Source: Fonticula alba ATCC 38817 (taxonomy: Eukaryota > Protista > Nucleariida). From it: a DNA stretch of 64,000 nucleotides. The translations under genes were made by a program, and so were the position numbers. Below, one piece after another: positions 37,706 through 49,329 of the stretch. The notes under the pieces are model-generated. The model searched no databases, was not told the DNA's origin, and saw only the letters and a list, made by a program, of their open reading frames with translations. The stretch's first letter is position 1, and every line of letters starts with the position of its first letter. The DNA lies in NCBI GenBank assembly GCA_000388065.2, contig KB932209.1; one strand, given 5' to 3'.

Positions 37706-40700
37706 CCTGTCTCTTGGCGACTGCGATCCGATGAAGGGCCACGATTTCATCCTCTCGGACGCGGAATTCGAGTCCCCGGACAGTGATCTGCCCGGGTCTC
37801 CGGAGGTCCCGCCCGGGACTCTCGACAATGAGCCGGCGAAAGCCAACACCCCGAGCACTGGGCCGTGCGTGTCGGATGTGCCTGACGCCAATGCCAGTGC
37901 TGGGAAAGATGGCTCGGATGCCAGCATGGCGGATGTCCCCGAGGCCCAGGGGTCCGGCAGCGACCCGGCAACCAGTCACCCCATCAAGTCCGAGCCCGAC
38001 GACTTGCAAGCACCGGAGTCGCTCCCGACTGGCGAGACGGCAGCCGGTGTGGAGGCCCCCTCGACCGAATCGGTGGCCGATGGATCGGGCTTCCTGAATG
38101 AGACGCTCCCGGCGGGCACCGAGATGACCGAGACCGAGCTGCCACTTGGCCAGCTCTTCTACGACTCGCCCTTCGAGGTGGCGCGGCTGAGCTCCCCAGC
38201 CCCCGAGGGCACCACCGGGCCGCCGGATATCACACGCGCGCTGCTGGTGGTGAACAATGGCTCGCCGCAGTCCATGCGCCTGTTGATTGCAGCGCGGTCG
38301 CTCTTCCGCAAGCAGCTGCCCAACATGCCGCCGGAGTATGTCACGCGCTTGGTGCTGGACTGGCGGCACCGGACGCTGGTGCTCATTCGCGACCCCCGGC
38401 CCCCGGAGGAGGAGACCACCCTGGCCAATGGGCGATACCCGCGAGACATTTTGCTTGGTGCCATCACCTACCGGCCGTTCGATGTGGCTCGCATCGGGGA
38501 GATCGTCTTCTGTGCCGTGCACTCGGACCAGCAAGTCCGCGGCCATGGCGCTCANNNNNNNNNNNNNNNNNNNNNNNNNNNNNNNNNNNNNNNNNNNNNN
38601 NNNNNNNNNNNNAAATCGTCTTCTGTGCCGTGCACTCGGACCAGCAAGTCCGCGGCCATGGCGCTCGACTGATGTCGGCTTTGGCGTCGCACGCGCGCCG
38701 GCATACCCCCCTGCGGTATTGGCTCACCTATGCCGACAACCATGCAGTCGGGTACTTCCGCAAGCAGGGCTTCACCACGAACATCACCCTGCCTCGGTTC
38801 CGCTGGGCCGGCCGCATCAAGGACTAAGATCGGAAGAGCACACGTCTATGCCGACAACCATGCAGTCGGGTACTTCCGCAAGCAGGGCTTCACCACGAAC
38901 ATCACCCTGCCTCGGTTCCGCTGGGCCGGCCGCATCAAGGACTATGATGGCGGTACGCTGATGCAGTGTGCCCTGCTTCCGCTCGGGGCCACGGCCCCGG
39001 GTGGGGTTCTTGGCAGCCTGGCGGCCCCGGTTCGGCCGGATCTGCCCCTCGAGCACTTGAATGCCGATTTGCTGGACGGGGCCACAGCGGCGGACCCCTT
39101 CGGGCTTGGGGTGTCCTTGTCGGGGCCCGGGGCTTCGCCCACCGCCGTCACCGGGCCCGCGGCCATTGCCGCTGCCTCGAAGGAGGAGAGCCAGAACGAT
39201 TATGCTCACTGGCGATCGGTGGTCCAGCGTCAGAAGAAGTATGTCCATGCGGCCATTCGCATGATGGGCCAGTCGCATATGGTCCATGCTGGGCTGGAGT
39301 TCGCCCGGCTCGGGTCTGGCATGTGCGAGGAGGTGCCGGGGTACTCTGGGGTTCCGGCTCGTGTGGGAGCCCTCCCGGCCGGGCACCCAAGCCCGGGGGA
39401 TGATCCGACCGAGGCGGCGGCGAGCATCACCGCCTCGGCGGCGGCCGAGCCAGGCTCCGACGGGGCGGGGGCCGCCCCGCTGGCCGGACTGTCGCCGGCC
39501 GTGCTGGATGCCCTGGTTGCCGAGCACCGAGCCCGGCCCTTGCGCGACCCGGCCGCCACCTTTCCCGTTCGTCGTGTGTCCATTGCTTCGATTCCGGGCA
39601 TTGGTGCGCATTTTCCCCAAGGCACATCCCCTTGCCTGTTGGCCTGCCGCTTGCCTTTTTTTTTCTCCCTCTTCTCCTCTCTCCGCCTTCCTGCTTCCCC
39701 CTCTGCAATCGCCTGCTCCCCTCTCTCTCTCTCTCTCTTTGCAGTCCCGGTGCTGACACCCGAGGATCGCCGCAGCTGAAGCTGGCTGGGAGTCAACGGA
39801 TTTGCCAGCCCGGCGCCCTGGGCCCGACCCGTGGGCCGACCGCCGGGGAGCTGGCCCGCGGTCTCCCCTCCGCGCGGTTCTTCGTCGTCTGCTCCGTTTG
39901 ATTCAGGTGCGCCTTCTTGGAGACGATGCCTCGGGCTTGGTGACAATGCCCGGTGCTGACGCCGTTTCCCCTCTGTTGGCCATTCGGACACACCCAATCC
40001 CAGTCCAAGAGTTTCTCTTGGCCCTTCCGCCAGCCGGTCAACGTCGAGGACGTCACCGACTATTTGGATGTCATCAAGGAGCCAATGGGTGCGTGGCTTC
40101 CAGGCGCTCCCTGCCTCGCGTCCCCTTTTTTTGCCAATCCCTCCCTCTCTCTCCCTCTCTCTATATATATATATATGTATATCTCCGCCTCTCCCTCTCT
40201 ATTTTGTCTTCGCTTTCTCACCGACACATTCGGCCTCCGGCACCGGAACATTCTTCTCGCCTTGGACCTTCCACTCTCTCTCTCTCTGTTTCTCTCTCTC
40301 CCTCTACCTTGCCTCCTCCCCCCTGACACCCACTTTCACTCTTACCCCTCCCTTGCACCTCCTTTCTGGCTTTCTTGTATTCCCCCCCCCCCCCTCCCCC
40401 CTCTTCCCCCGGAAATGCACGGTCTGACTGGAGGACAGACCTGCGCACCATGGAGGAAAAGCTCAACTCGGAGAACCCGGTGCACTACCAGTCGATCGAC
40501 GCCTTCCATCGAGATCTGTCGCTCATTTTCGAGAACTGCTGGAAGTACAACCTCGAGTCGACGACCTACTACAAGTGCGCCACGGAACTGCATGACTTCG
40601 CCAAGGTCGCCATACAGGAGGCTGCTCGTGATTTGGACCGGTTGACGCGAAGCCTCGGCCTGCAGCCCGGCGGGCCGCGGTCGATGCAGGCACTAGCCGG

Positions 40701-41517
40701 GTCCGGACGCCCGCCATCACGCGTGCACCCGACCGCCGACTTCCTGCCCCCGGCGGGCGGCGGGGACCTCGGGGACGGGCTTTCCCCCTCGGATCCGCGC
40801 TTCTCCATACAGGTGGACTCGTCGCCGGTCGACCGGCACTCTTTCGAGGATGACTTCTCGCCGCTGCCCGGGGCCATCAACAAGCGCCGGCATTTGTCAC
40901 TGGGAGCCGATGGCGACCGCTCCGGCCATGGCGGCGGGGCGCCGGCTGCCCACCACCATCACCACCATCACCACTCTCACCACCATCACTCGCCGTCGTC
41001 CGGCAAATCGCGTGACCCGCGGAAGGGCCGGTCCAAACGCGGTGTCCGCGGCCCGGGCCCCGGCGGCCCGGCCGGCGGCATGCTCCATCCCGATGAGGGA
41101 TTCTCCGACACGGATACATACTACTCGGATGATCCGATCGATGTGAGTGAGTCCTCCGGCGGAGGTGGTGGTCGTGGGGCGGCCTTCGCCGGGGCCGGGG
41201 GTCGGTCTCGGCGCCCGCGCAAACGCCTGCTCGACGAGTCGGATGAGGATTTCTCGGACTCGCCTTCCTCGGCCCCGCGTTCGGATGACTCCTTCAGCGA
41301 TGTGGGCCATCGGCACCGGCGCATCCGCCGGGCTGTCGACGCGGAATATGCCACCGATGAAGAGTCCACCAGTGGGCACTACTCCAGCAGGCACTCGGCA
41401 TCCGGCCACGATGGGCACCGCTACCATTCGGCATCGCAGACGTCGCATGGGGGCCACCACTCGGATCGGGAGCACACCGGGCGTGGCCGACCCAGTCGGC
41501 CGCATTCGCCGCCTTGA
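37456..41517 (+). CDS. GCN5: Histone acetyltransferase GCN5 (GNAT HAT domain plus bromodomain); start is 37456 via a spliced exon, or 37731
   Basis: [28 protein letters not shown] (catalytic Glu), [41 protein letters not shown]; bromodomain [17 protein letters not shown]|[22 protein letters not shown]. The HAT region is scrambled locally by assembly duplications at 38500-38950. Confidence 0.95.
38827..38847 (+). other. Illumina TruSeq adapter remnant AGATCGGAAGAGCACACGTCT embedded in the assembly
   Basis: Exact 21-nt match to the well-known adapter prefix, sitting between two identical ~98-nt copies of GCN5 coding sequence. Confidence 0.95.
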
Positions 41518-42445
41518 AAAGGGACAGTCGCGGCATTGGGCTCCGCCCGCCAACTTGACCGAAGAAACAAGGATGCACGTTTATGCGCGATGTGGCCGTG
41601 GCGAGCAAAAGGGTCCAGGGCGGGAGAAGAAGGTGATATATGAAGAAGCGCATGGCCCTCGGCCGGGCAGAAAAACGGGGGGAGAGCCCTCGCCAGGGGG
41701 GAAGAGTGAGGGGGAGAGAGAGAGAGAGAGGGAGAGAGACAAGTCGAGGATGACAACGAAAAGCCAAGAAGAGAAGAAAGACATGCGCGCGAGGATGCAG
41801 AGGAATGGGGGGAAACTTTTGGAGACGTGTATTATGGAGTGGCTGGCAAACAGGAGGGGAAGGACAACGAGCAGGGGCCCAGGGGGGGGGGGGAGTAAGG
41901 ATGTGTGCAGGAGCGCGTGCGCGCGCGCGCGCGCGCGCATGGCAGACATGAGGGGGCGAGAGGGTGCGCGTGGATGTGAGTCTCCTTGTCTGCTTCGGCC
42001 TATCTTCCCCCGGGGCCACTTTTCTCGTCCTTCACACACACACAGAGAGGGGGAGAGGGCAGGGGGGCCGGGTATCGAAAGGGAAGGGAGGCAGCAGAGG
42101 GGGGAGAGGGGATCCTTGCGCGGAGGTCTATATGCCCGCAGGTGCGGCGCGCGACCATACGCCGGTGTCCCGGCCCCCGCCGCCTCTCCCTGCCGTGGCC
42201 CACGCTCATCCTTGTGGAGGAGGAGGAGGAGGATGATGAGAGGGACACAGAGGGAGGGGGGAGGGAGAGGAGCACCGGACGACAGGAGGAGGAAGAGAGA
42301 GGGGGTCACACAGGTGTGATGCATGCGCATGCATGCGCGTGCGCGTGTGTGTGTGTGTATGTGTGTGTGTGCGCGCGCGCGCGTCGCAGCACACCACGCG
42401 CCGGTGGCCCGCCCCCCGCGCGTGTCACATGCGTCGCATGTGCAT

Positions 42446-44641
42446 CTAGTCCTTGTTCTTCTTGCTCTTCTTGCTCTTCTTCTTGTCGGACTCGTCGGCG
42501 TCATCCTCGGCGCGGCGCTTCTTGTCCTTCTTCTCGGACTTCTCCTCCTTCTTGTCCTTCTTCTCCTTCTTCTCCTTCTTCTCCTTCTTGTCCTTCTTCT
42601 CGGACTTGGGAGTCTCCTCCTCGGAGGAGGAAGAAGAGGAAGCCGGGGCGTCCTTGGCCAGCTGGTGAATGACACCCTGCATGACGTCGATGTTCTTGGC
42701 CGGGGCCTGGCCGGTCTCGTAGAACTTCAGGCGGTCCTCGACCTGGTTGCGGAGAGCCTCACCGAACTTGGTGGTAGCCGCGTCGGAGAAGCAATCGATA
42801 CGGGCAGCCAGGGAGGTCTTGTTGGCCAGGTAGCGCGAGATGCGGCCCTTGTTCTTGGAGCCAGCACGGCCGATGAAGGACGAGTGGAAGATGAGGCCGT
42901 ACTTGGGGGTGTTGCCGCGGGTCTTGAGGGCGCTGTAGAGGGGGGGCGGGGCACGGAGCGAATGTGAGTTTGCGAGGACGAAGAGAGAGAGAAAGAGAGA
43001 GAGAGGGGGAGAGGGCGAATGCAGTGACGGCCAGAGAAGGTACACGCATGGCTATGTGCATGTATGCGATGAGAGGCCGGGCGGCCGGGCGTGGGGGGTG
43101 AAAGTGCGCACCGGAAGAGCGCCTTCTCGGCACCAAGAATCTGGACGGTGGAGGCCGGGTACTTGGAGAGGTTGGTGAGGGAACCAGCGTGGGAGATGAG
43201 GCTGGAGGGGGAGGGGGGCGAGAGAGGAGCGACGAAAACAACAGTCAGAGGGGGGGAAAGAGCAAAAAAAAAACACCGAAGCGAAGGTGGACGGGGGGGG
43301 GAAGGGGGAAAGAAAGACAGACGCGCGGCGGTGAAAAAGGGAGAGCGAAGGAAGACATACCGGGCACCGACCATCTCGCCGATCAGGGCGCACAGGTTCG
43401 GGGCGACGACGTTCATCTTGGACTGGAGGTAGTCGTACAGACCGCGGCGGTAGGCCGACAGGGAGATCACACGGTTGGCAAAGGCCTCGATGTTGATCAT
43501 GTCGATCTGGGAAATGTCGGTACCCATGGAGGACTTGGCGGCATCGATGATGCTCTGGGCCTTGGCCTCGTCCATGACGATCTCCTCGATGGCGGCATGG
43601 CTGTCCTGAGTGAGGGTGGCCTTGTCCTTGATGAGGCTGACCAGCTTGGCGAACATGGAGTTGTCGGCGACGAGCTTGGTCAGCTCGGGGAAGTGCCAGG
43701 AGTACCACTCGCGCACGCGCATGGAGAAGGTGTTGAGGTCCTTGTCCAGCTGGTCGAGCAGCGAGATGGCCTGGATGATCATGTTGTCCGAGCGGTTGAT
43801 GTTGAACTTGAGCTTGGCACGGGAATAGGCATGACCCAGACCGAGCTGAGCCTTCTCGAGGTCACCCTCTGTAGCAGCACGGGAGGAGGGGCGGGGGGAG
43901 AAGGAGGGAAGCCGATTAGTCAGAGGGGAGGAACGACGAGAGGAGAGGCGCGAGGGGCAGGGTAGCGGAAAGGCGCGCGATTGCGGCGATGATGACGATG
44001 ATGATGAGGGGGAAGGGGGGGGGGTGCGGGTGCAAATGTGCGCACGGGCACGTACCGCGGAACTGCTTGATCAGCTTCTCGAAGTGCATGCGGATACCAC
44101 GGAGGAGCTCGGTGGTGACGTCGCTGACGTCGCACGAGATACCGGTGGCATCAGAGATGGCACCACCCAGGCGAGCCTCCTGGACACCGAGCTTGACCTT
44201 CTTGGACTTGGCCAGGTTGGCGGTGAGGAAGTTCTTGAGGTAATCGTTGACGATACCTGTGTGTGAGAGGAAGGGGGAGAGAGAGAGAGAGAGAGAGGCG
44301 CCGGCGTGCAAGCGTGTGCAAGGACACGGCAGAGCGGGGAGGGGGGTCAGAAATGAGGTCCAACAGGCGAGGAGAGCGCAGAGGTACGGAAGGTGAGGGG
44401 CGGGGGGGGCGGGCGACAAAAGGCAGAAGCACATACCCTCGGTGATGTCGTTGATGTTCTCCAGGGCATGGGCGGCCGACTGGAAGGGGGCGAAGGACTT
44501 CAGCTTGAGGACCTTGCCGGCCTTGGAGAGGTCCTGCATGGCGGTCTGGACCGACTCGAGCTCCTGGCCGATCTCCTCGGAGGCGGTACGCTCGAAGAGA
44601 GCGTAGCCAGAGGCGCTTTCGAAGAGGAGGAAGAGGGACAT
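42446..44641 (-). CDS. NOP56: Nucleolar protein 56 (box C/D snoRNP core), multi-exon, KKE/D tail
   Basis: [128 protein letters not shown] repeats. Confidence 0.96.
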
Positions 44642-44995
44642 GGCTGTCTGTGTACGGGGGAGGGGAGAGGGCAGGGGGAGGGGGCAGATGGCGGTCAGTG
44701 GCAAGATGGATGGCGGAGAGAAGTGGGCGTACGCACACCTGCACAAGCGAGTGGGGAGAGGGGGGTGCACGGAGAGCAGAGAAACAGAGAGGGAGAGAGA
44801 GGGGGAGATGGAAAAAGGGAGGGGAGGGAGGCAAGGAAGGCAAGCGACAAAAGACAGCAGGAGAGGAGGGGGAGGGGGAGAGAGAGGTACAGATAGAAGA
44901 CACAAGGAAGAGATTGTGAGTCCTGTCTATGCTGTGTGAGACCGAACACCAGTGGTGAAGGCAGCCCTACGCTCGGAGAAAAAGCTCGACGAATC

Positions 44996-45195
44996 TGCCT
45001 ACCCTCCCTGTCCGGTTGCGCGCCAGCCGACGCCGGGTGTCGGGCGCCGGGCAGCAGGGGACAAGGGTGCGTGGCTCATGCAAACGGTTCNNNNNNNNNN
45101 TGCCTACCCTCCCTGTCCGGTTGCGCGCCAGCCGACGCCGGGTGTCGGGCGCCGGGCAGCAGGGGACAAGGGTGCGTGGCTCATGCAAACGGTTC
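44996..45195 (+). repeat. Identical 95-bp direct duplication flanking a 10-N gap (unmerged contig overlap)
   Basis: 44996-45090 equals 45101-45195. Confidence 0.9.
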
Positions 45196-46994
45196 GCAGA
45201 GCGCCGCGCGGTCACCCCCCCGCCACTTGGGTTGGTTCCTTCTTTTTGTTTGGGCCGGCGCCCCGGCCCCCCCCCCCCCCCCCCGGGGGGGCCCCCCCCC
45301 CCCCCCCCCTCCCTCCCCCTCACCCCCCGCCCCCCCTCTCCCAGGGGGTGTCCCGGCCGCCGGACCGGGCTGCACTCCGGACCAGGGGTCCTGGGCTGGG
45401 TAAGAATGTACCATTCTCTGCCGGGCCCCTCCCTCCCGGAGCGCCTGGGCCAAAAAAAGCCTCGTGGGCAAGCGGATCGATGTGTCCCGAAGACACCAGG
45501 AGGATGAGCGGACACATGCGACCAGCTTGGGCGGCGGGCAGGCCCAGGCCCAGGGGACTGGCCATGCGTGCGCCGGTGTTCCTGCGTGGGTACAAGCCCC
45601 GGACCGCATGCACACGGACAGCATACTGCCCCTTCTNNNNNNNNNNNNNNNNNNNNNNNNNNNNNNNNNNNNNNNNNNNNNNNNNNNNNNNNNNNNNNNN
45701 NNNNNNNNNNNNNNNNNNNNNNNNNNNNNNNNNNNNNNNNNNNNNNNNNNNNNNNNNNNNNNNNNNNNNNNNNNNNNNNNNNNNNNNNNNNNNNNNNNNN
45801 NNNNNNNNNNNNNNNNNNNNNNNNNNNNNNNNNNNNNNNNNNNNNNNNNNNNNNNNNNNNNNNNNNNNNNNNNNNNNNNNNNNNNNNNNNNNNNNNNNNN
45901 NNNNNNNNNNNNNNNNNNNNNNNNNNNNNNNNNNNNNNNNNNNNNNNNNNNNNNNNNNNNNNNNNNNNNNNNNNNNNNNNNNNNNNGAAGGGGCGGAGGC
46001 GGGACGGATGTGCCACCCGCGTGTTTGCAGCTACCAACGCCCCGGGTTTCGTGCGCGCACTTGGCGGCCGGCGAAGCTACTGGGCGAACGGGAGGAGCAG
46101 CCGCGGGGCAGGGTCCCGCATGTGTAAAAACCCCCCACAAACGAGAGAGCCTCAAGAGGGGGGCGCGGACGCGCGCGCGCGCGCGCACACACACACACGC
46201 ACACACGACAGAGCCGGCAACAGAAGGCGCCGCACGTATCCAGCCCAAGACCGGGTGGGATCAGGGCGCGGGCCGCTTCACACGCGGCCCTCCGCGGAAC
46301 GGTATTCCCGAGCATGTTATCATTCTGCGGGGAGGAACAGACTCATGTGACTTTCTCGGGCCCGTCATTCGTTGGGACTCCATTCTCGTCTGGGTGTCAA
46401 GCCACCTGGGGTGGGGGCCTCGAGGGGTGCGAGATGGGCATGCTTTTGTGTGTCTGCTTCCCTAACTTGGGCAGATCCCGGAAAAACAGCGTGTTTTTTA
46501 TTCGCAGCCTCATTTCGGCCGTCTGGTTGTTGTGCCCCCGGGGTGGTGTCTCCTGGTCGAGCCCGCCGGCCAGGCATGCGCGAAGATCATACTCTGGAGC
46601 GTCCTGCCCTGCTGGGGGCGAGGGGGCAGGCACACAGGGATGAGCCTCAGCCATTGAGATCTGCGCGATCGGCCGTCCGCGTCCGGTTCCTCGGCCACGG
46701 GTGAGACCGGGAACTCCACGCACAGGGCGGGAGAGGGCAGGCGCCACCAATCGATACATCGCCGTTGCCTCCTGCCATCATCCTACTGGGGGCCGACAGG
46801 TGGCCCGCAGCAATACGTGGTTTTTTCGGCCGGCCCCTGGCCAATGCCCCCTCCCGGTCCAGGGCATCCCCCTCCCCTGCTGGGCTGGACTGCTCCTCAC
46901 CACCCGCCCTCCGTTCTTTTCTCCCTGCTCCGGCTGCGCACTCTCCCTCCCCCCCCCCTTCTTTCTTTCCCTCCCCTTCTCTCCTCAATCCGCC

Positions 46995-47560
46995 ATGAGA
47001 CCGCGACACCTTTCCAATCTGCGGATCCCGTATCATGTCAAAATGCATCTGGTTCGCCGACATGCGCTCCTCATGTCGAGCAGCTTCCCACCACGGGCCT
47101 TTTCCCGGCGCATCCTAGACCTGGCATCGGGGGATGAGCAGGTCGCCGCGGCGTCCAAAAAACACCCGACTCCCTTTGTCTCGGATGACATTTTCCCGCG
47201 CCATGTGCGCCTCCTCGGCCAGACTGCCGAAGGCCGGCGGTCTCGCTTTGGTTCGCGCTGGGTTGGCATGGATCGACCTCCCACCGAGCCCTCGCCTACC
47301 CCCTCCCTTGCCCGGGCTCTGCCCGAAGAGGAATCCATGACCCCTGCCGAGCGGGCGCACGAGCGGTCTCGCAACCGGTCCGAACTCCTCTCGCTTTACC
47401 GGTCCATCCAGCGTGTTGGCCGGCATATTGCCCCGACGGATCCGTATCTGAGGTTAGCGTGTGGTTCTTGATGCTTCGGTTTCCTGCTTTCATCATTCCT
47501 CCATTGCACTTGGGCGCCAATGGCCACAAACTCACAACCATCTTGCATCGGCTGGTGCAT

Positions 47561-47595
<35 letters not shown>

Positions 47596-49046
47596 TGGCT
47601 ATATATATATATATATATATATACGTAGCTCTTTCATCCAGGCTGAGGCCCGTCGCCAATTTGAGGCCCGAGTGACCTTTCGACCAGATATCATGCGGAA
47701 AATTCCCCCGGCCATCGTGGCCGCATACGAAGCCTCACTGGACCACCAGCGGAATTCCCTGATTCATGCACGAGCGCAGCTCGCCTCCCTCTTTGAGGCA
47801 CTGTCCCTCAAAAAGGTGCATGCCCTGGACAATCTGTTGGCCATGGCCTTTGGACGCGTTGGCACACTGAAGGAGAAGTTTTGCCTGGTATGATGTGGCC
47901 TTCTACCCTCGCTGTCATCTGCCCCCGACTGCCGGAACGCCGTCTAACCATCGCCAAATTGGACTGGGCCTCGCGCGTCAGGACGTCTGCTCGCTCCCCC
48001 TGCTTGAGGACCTTGAGTTCAGCTACTTCCCCGAGGTATCCGGCCTCGCCATCAAGTCCACCAATCAGGAGGAGTTCCCCTTGCCAACCCCCTGCTTGAG
48101 ATACATCGAGCGGCAATAGTGCGTCTGACGGTCCACACGCCGGGCATGGGGAGGTGGCTTCACACATGCACACGCGCCCGCGCCCACATCCACTCCCACA
48201 CGGTGGCCATGTCTCCTGCGGTTGTATCGCATTTTTGACCCTCTCACCTTGCACCTTCCTCCATCACGCCCATGCTGATCTCCGACCATCGGCTCCTTCA
48301 GTGCCTCCCTCAAAGAAGGCCCATATCATGCCCTGTCCCGGGCATACTGCCGGCTGATGAACCGCATCCCGGTGCTCATGAGCTTGGAGATCCCATCGTC
48401 CCTGCCACGGGGCGACCTGCCGACAAAGCTGGCCGACGCCACGCACGCCATTGGGTATGGGCATTTTAGCAGTCTGCCCAGCTCGTCTGGACAGGCTGAC
48501 CTGATGGCGCTGTCCGGCACCGAGCGTCCTCGTCCGCTTGGCGGCAGTGGGTATATGCATGTGGGCATGGACATCGCCAGTCTCCTTGGTGAATCGTTGA
48601 ACCAGCGCAGCCGTGTTCCTCGCTTTCTGACGTCCGACCACCAGGCCCATGCGCTGGCGATGATCCGCCAAGCTGAGGGCCCCGGCCCGACGCATGCCCT
48701 CGATGGCCGGCCGCTGCTCCTGTCACTGAACGAGCCCCCCCCCTCGGCAGCCAATGACGTGGCCTTCATCTCGGACATCATTGCGTACCTTCGGATGACC
48801 CCGGCCGCGGTGGAGATCAACCCAGCCGTGACCAACATCATCTACGGCTATGATGACCGGAAGCACCGGACCGAGATTCGTCGCCTGCGCAAGCTCTATC
48901 CCATCGAGCACACGTCCTTCTTCCGGGGGTTTGAGCCGGTGGCTCGGTTTTGTAGCTTCTCTCTGTTTGATGCGCCGACGCTGCCTCCCCACTCGGCCCC
49001 GGCTGACACCCAGCCCTCCATTCGCACCATCCCCGGTGGTGAGTGA
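46995..49046 (+). CDS. LYR-motif protein with C-terminal extension, possibly mitochondrial; multi-exon, 3' end uncertain
   Basis: The splice 47452/47629 gives ELLSLYRSIQRVGRHIAPTDPYLSSFIQAEARRQFE (LYR..R...F pattern), followed by HALDNLLAMAFGRVG. The N-terminus is Arg-rich. Further in-phase exons at ~47981-48118 and from 48302. Confidence 0.6.
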
Positions 49047-49329
49047 GATGGATCCCCTCGCCTCCGGCTGTTTCCCTCCTCTCCAAATATAGACCAGCCT
49101 CCGCCGTGGGGCCTCTCCCTCCTTCGCCCGGTGTGCTCCTTCTCTTTTTCCTTCGATGCAACTATACAAGGGCGAGCTGGTATTCCAGGGACACACACAC
49201 AGAGACATATGTGTGTGTGTCCCTCCTTTTGCCCGGTCTCCTCCGCTCCATGGGGTACAGCGGGGAGAAAGGGATGGGAGGGGGGGGGGGAGGAGGGGGG
49301 AGAGCGAGAGGGGCCTTCCTCTGCGATCA

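Noticed and set aside
42935-44433. Intronic box C/D snoRNAs in NOP56 (known from vertebrates)
   Set aside because: By eye I found no paired C box (RTGATGA) and D box (CTGA) on the sense strand. The TGATGA in intron 2 is antisense. A snoscan/Infernal run would be needed to exclude them fully.
46290-46520. Lower-GC patch with a small hairpin and a protein-like stretch (HVIILRGGTDSCDFLG...)
   Set aside because: No start or splice context and no known RNA or protein motif. It is most simply promoter or UTR sequence between the divergent NOP56 and LYR genes.
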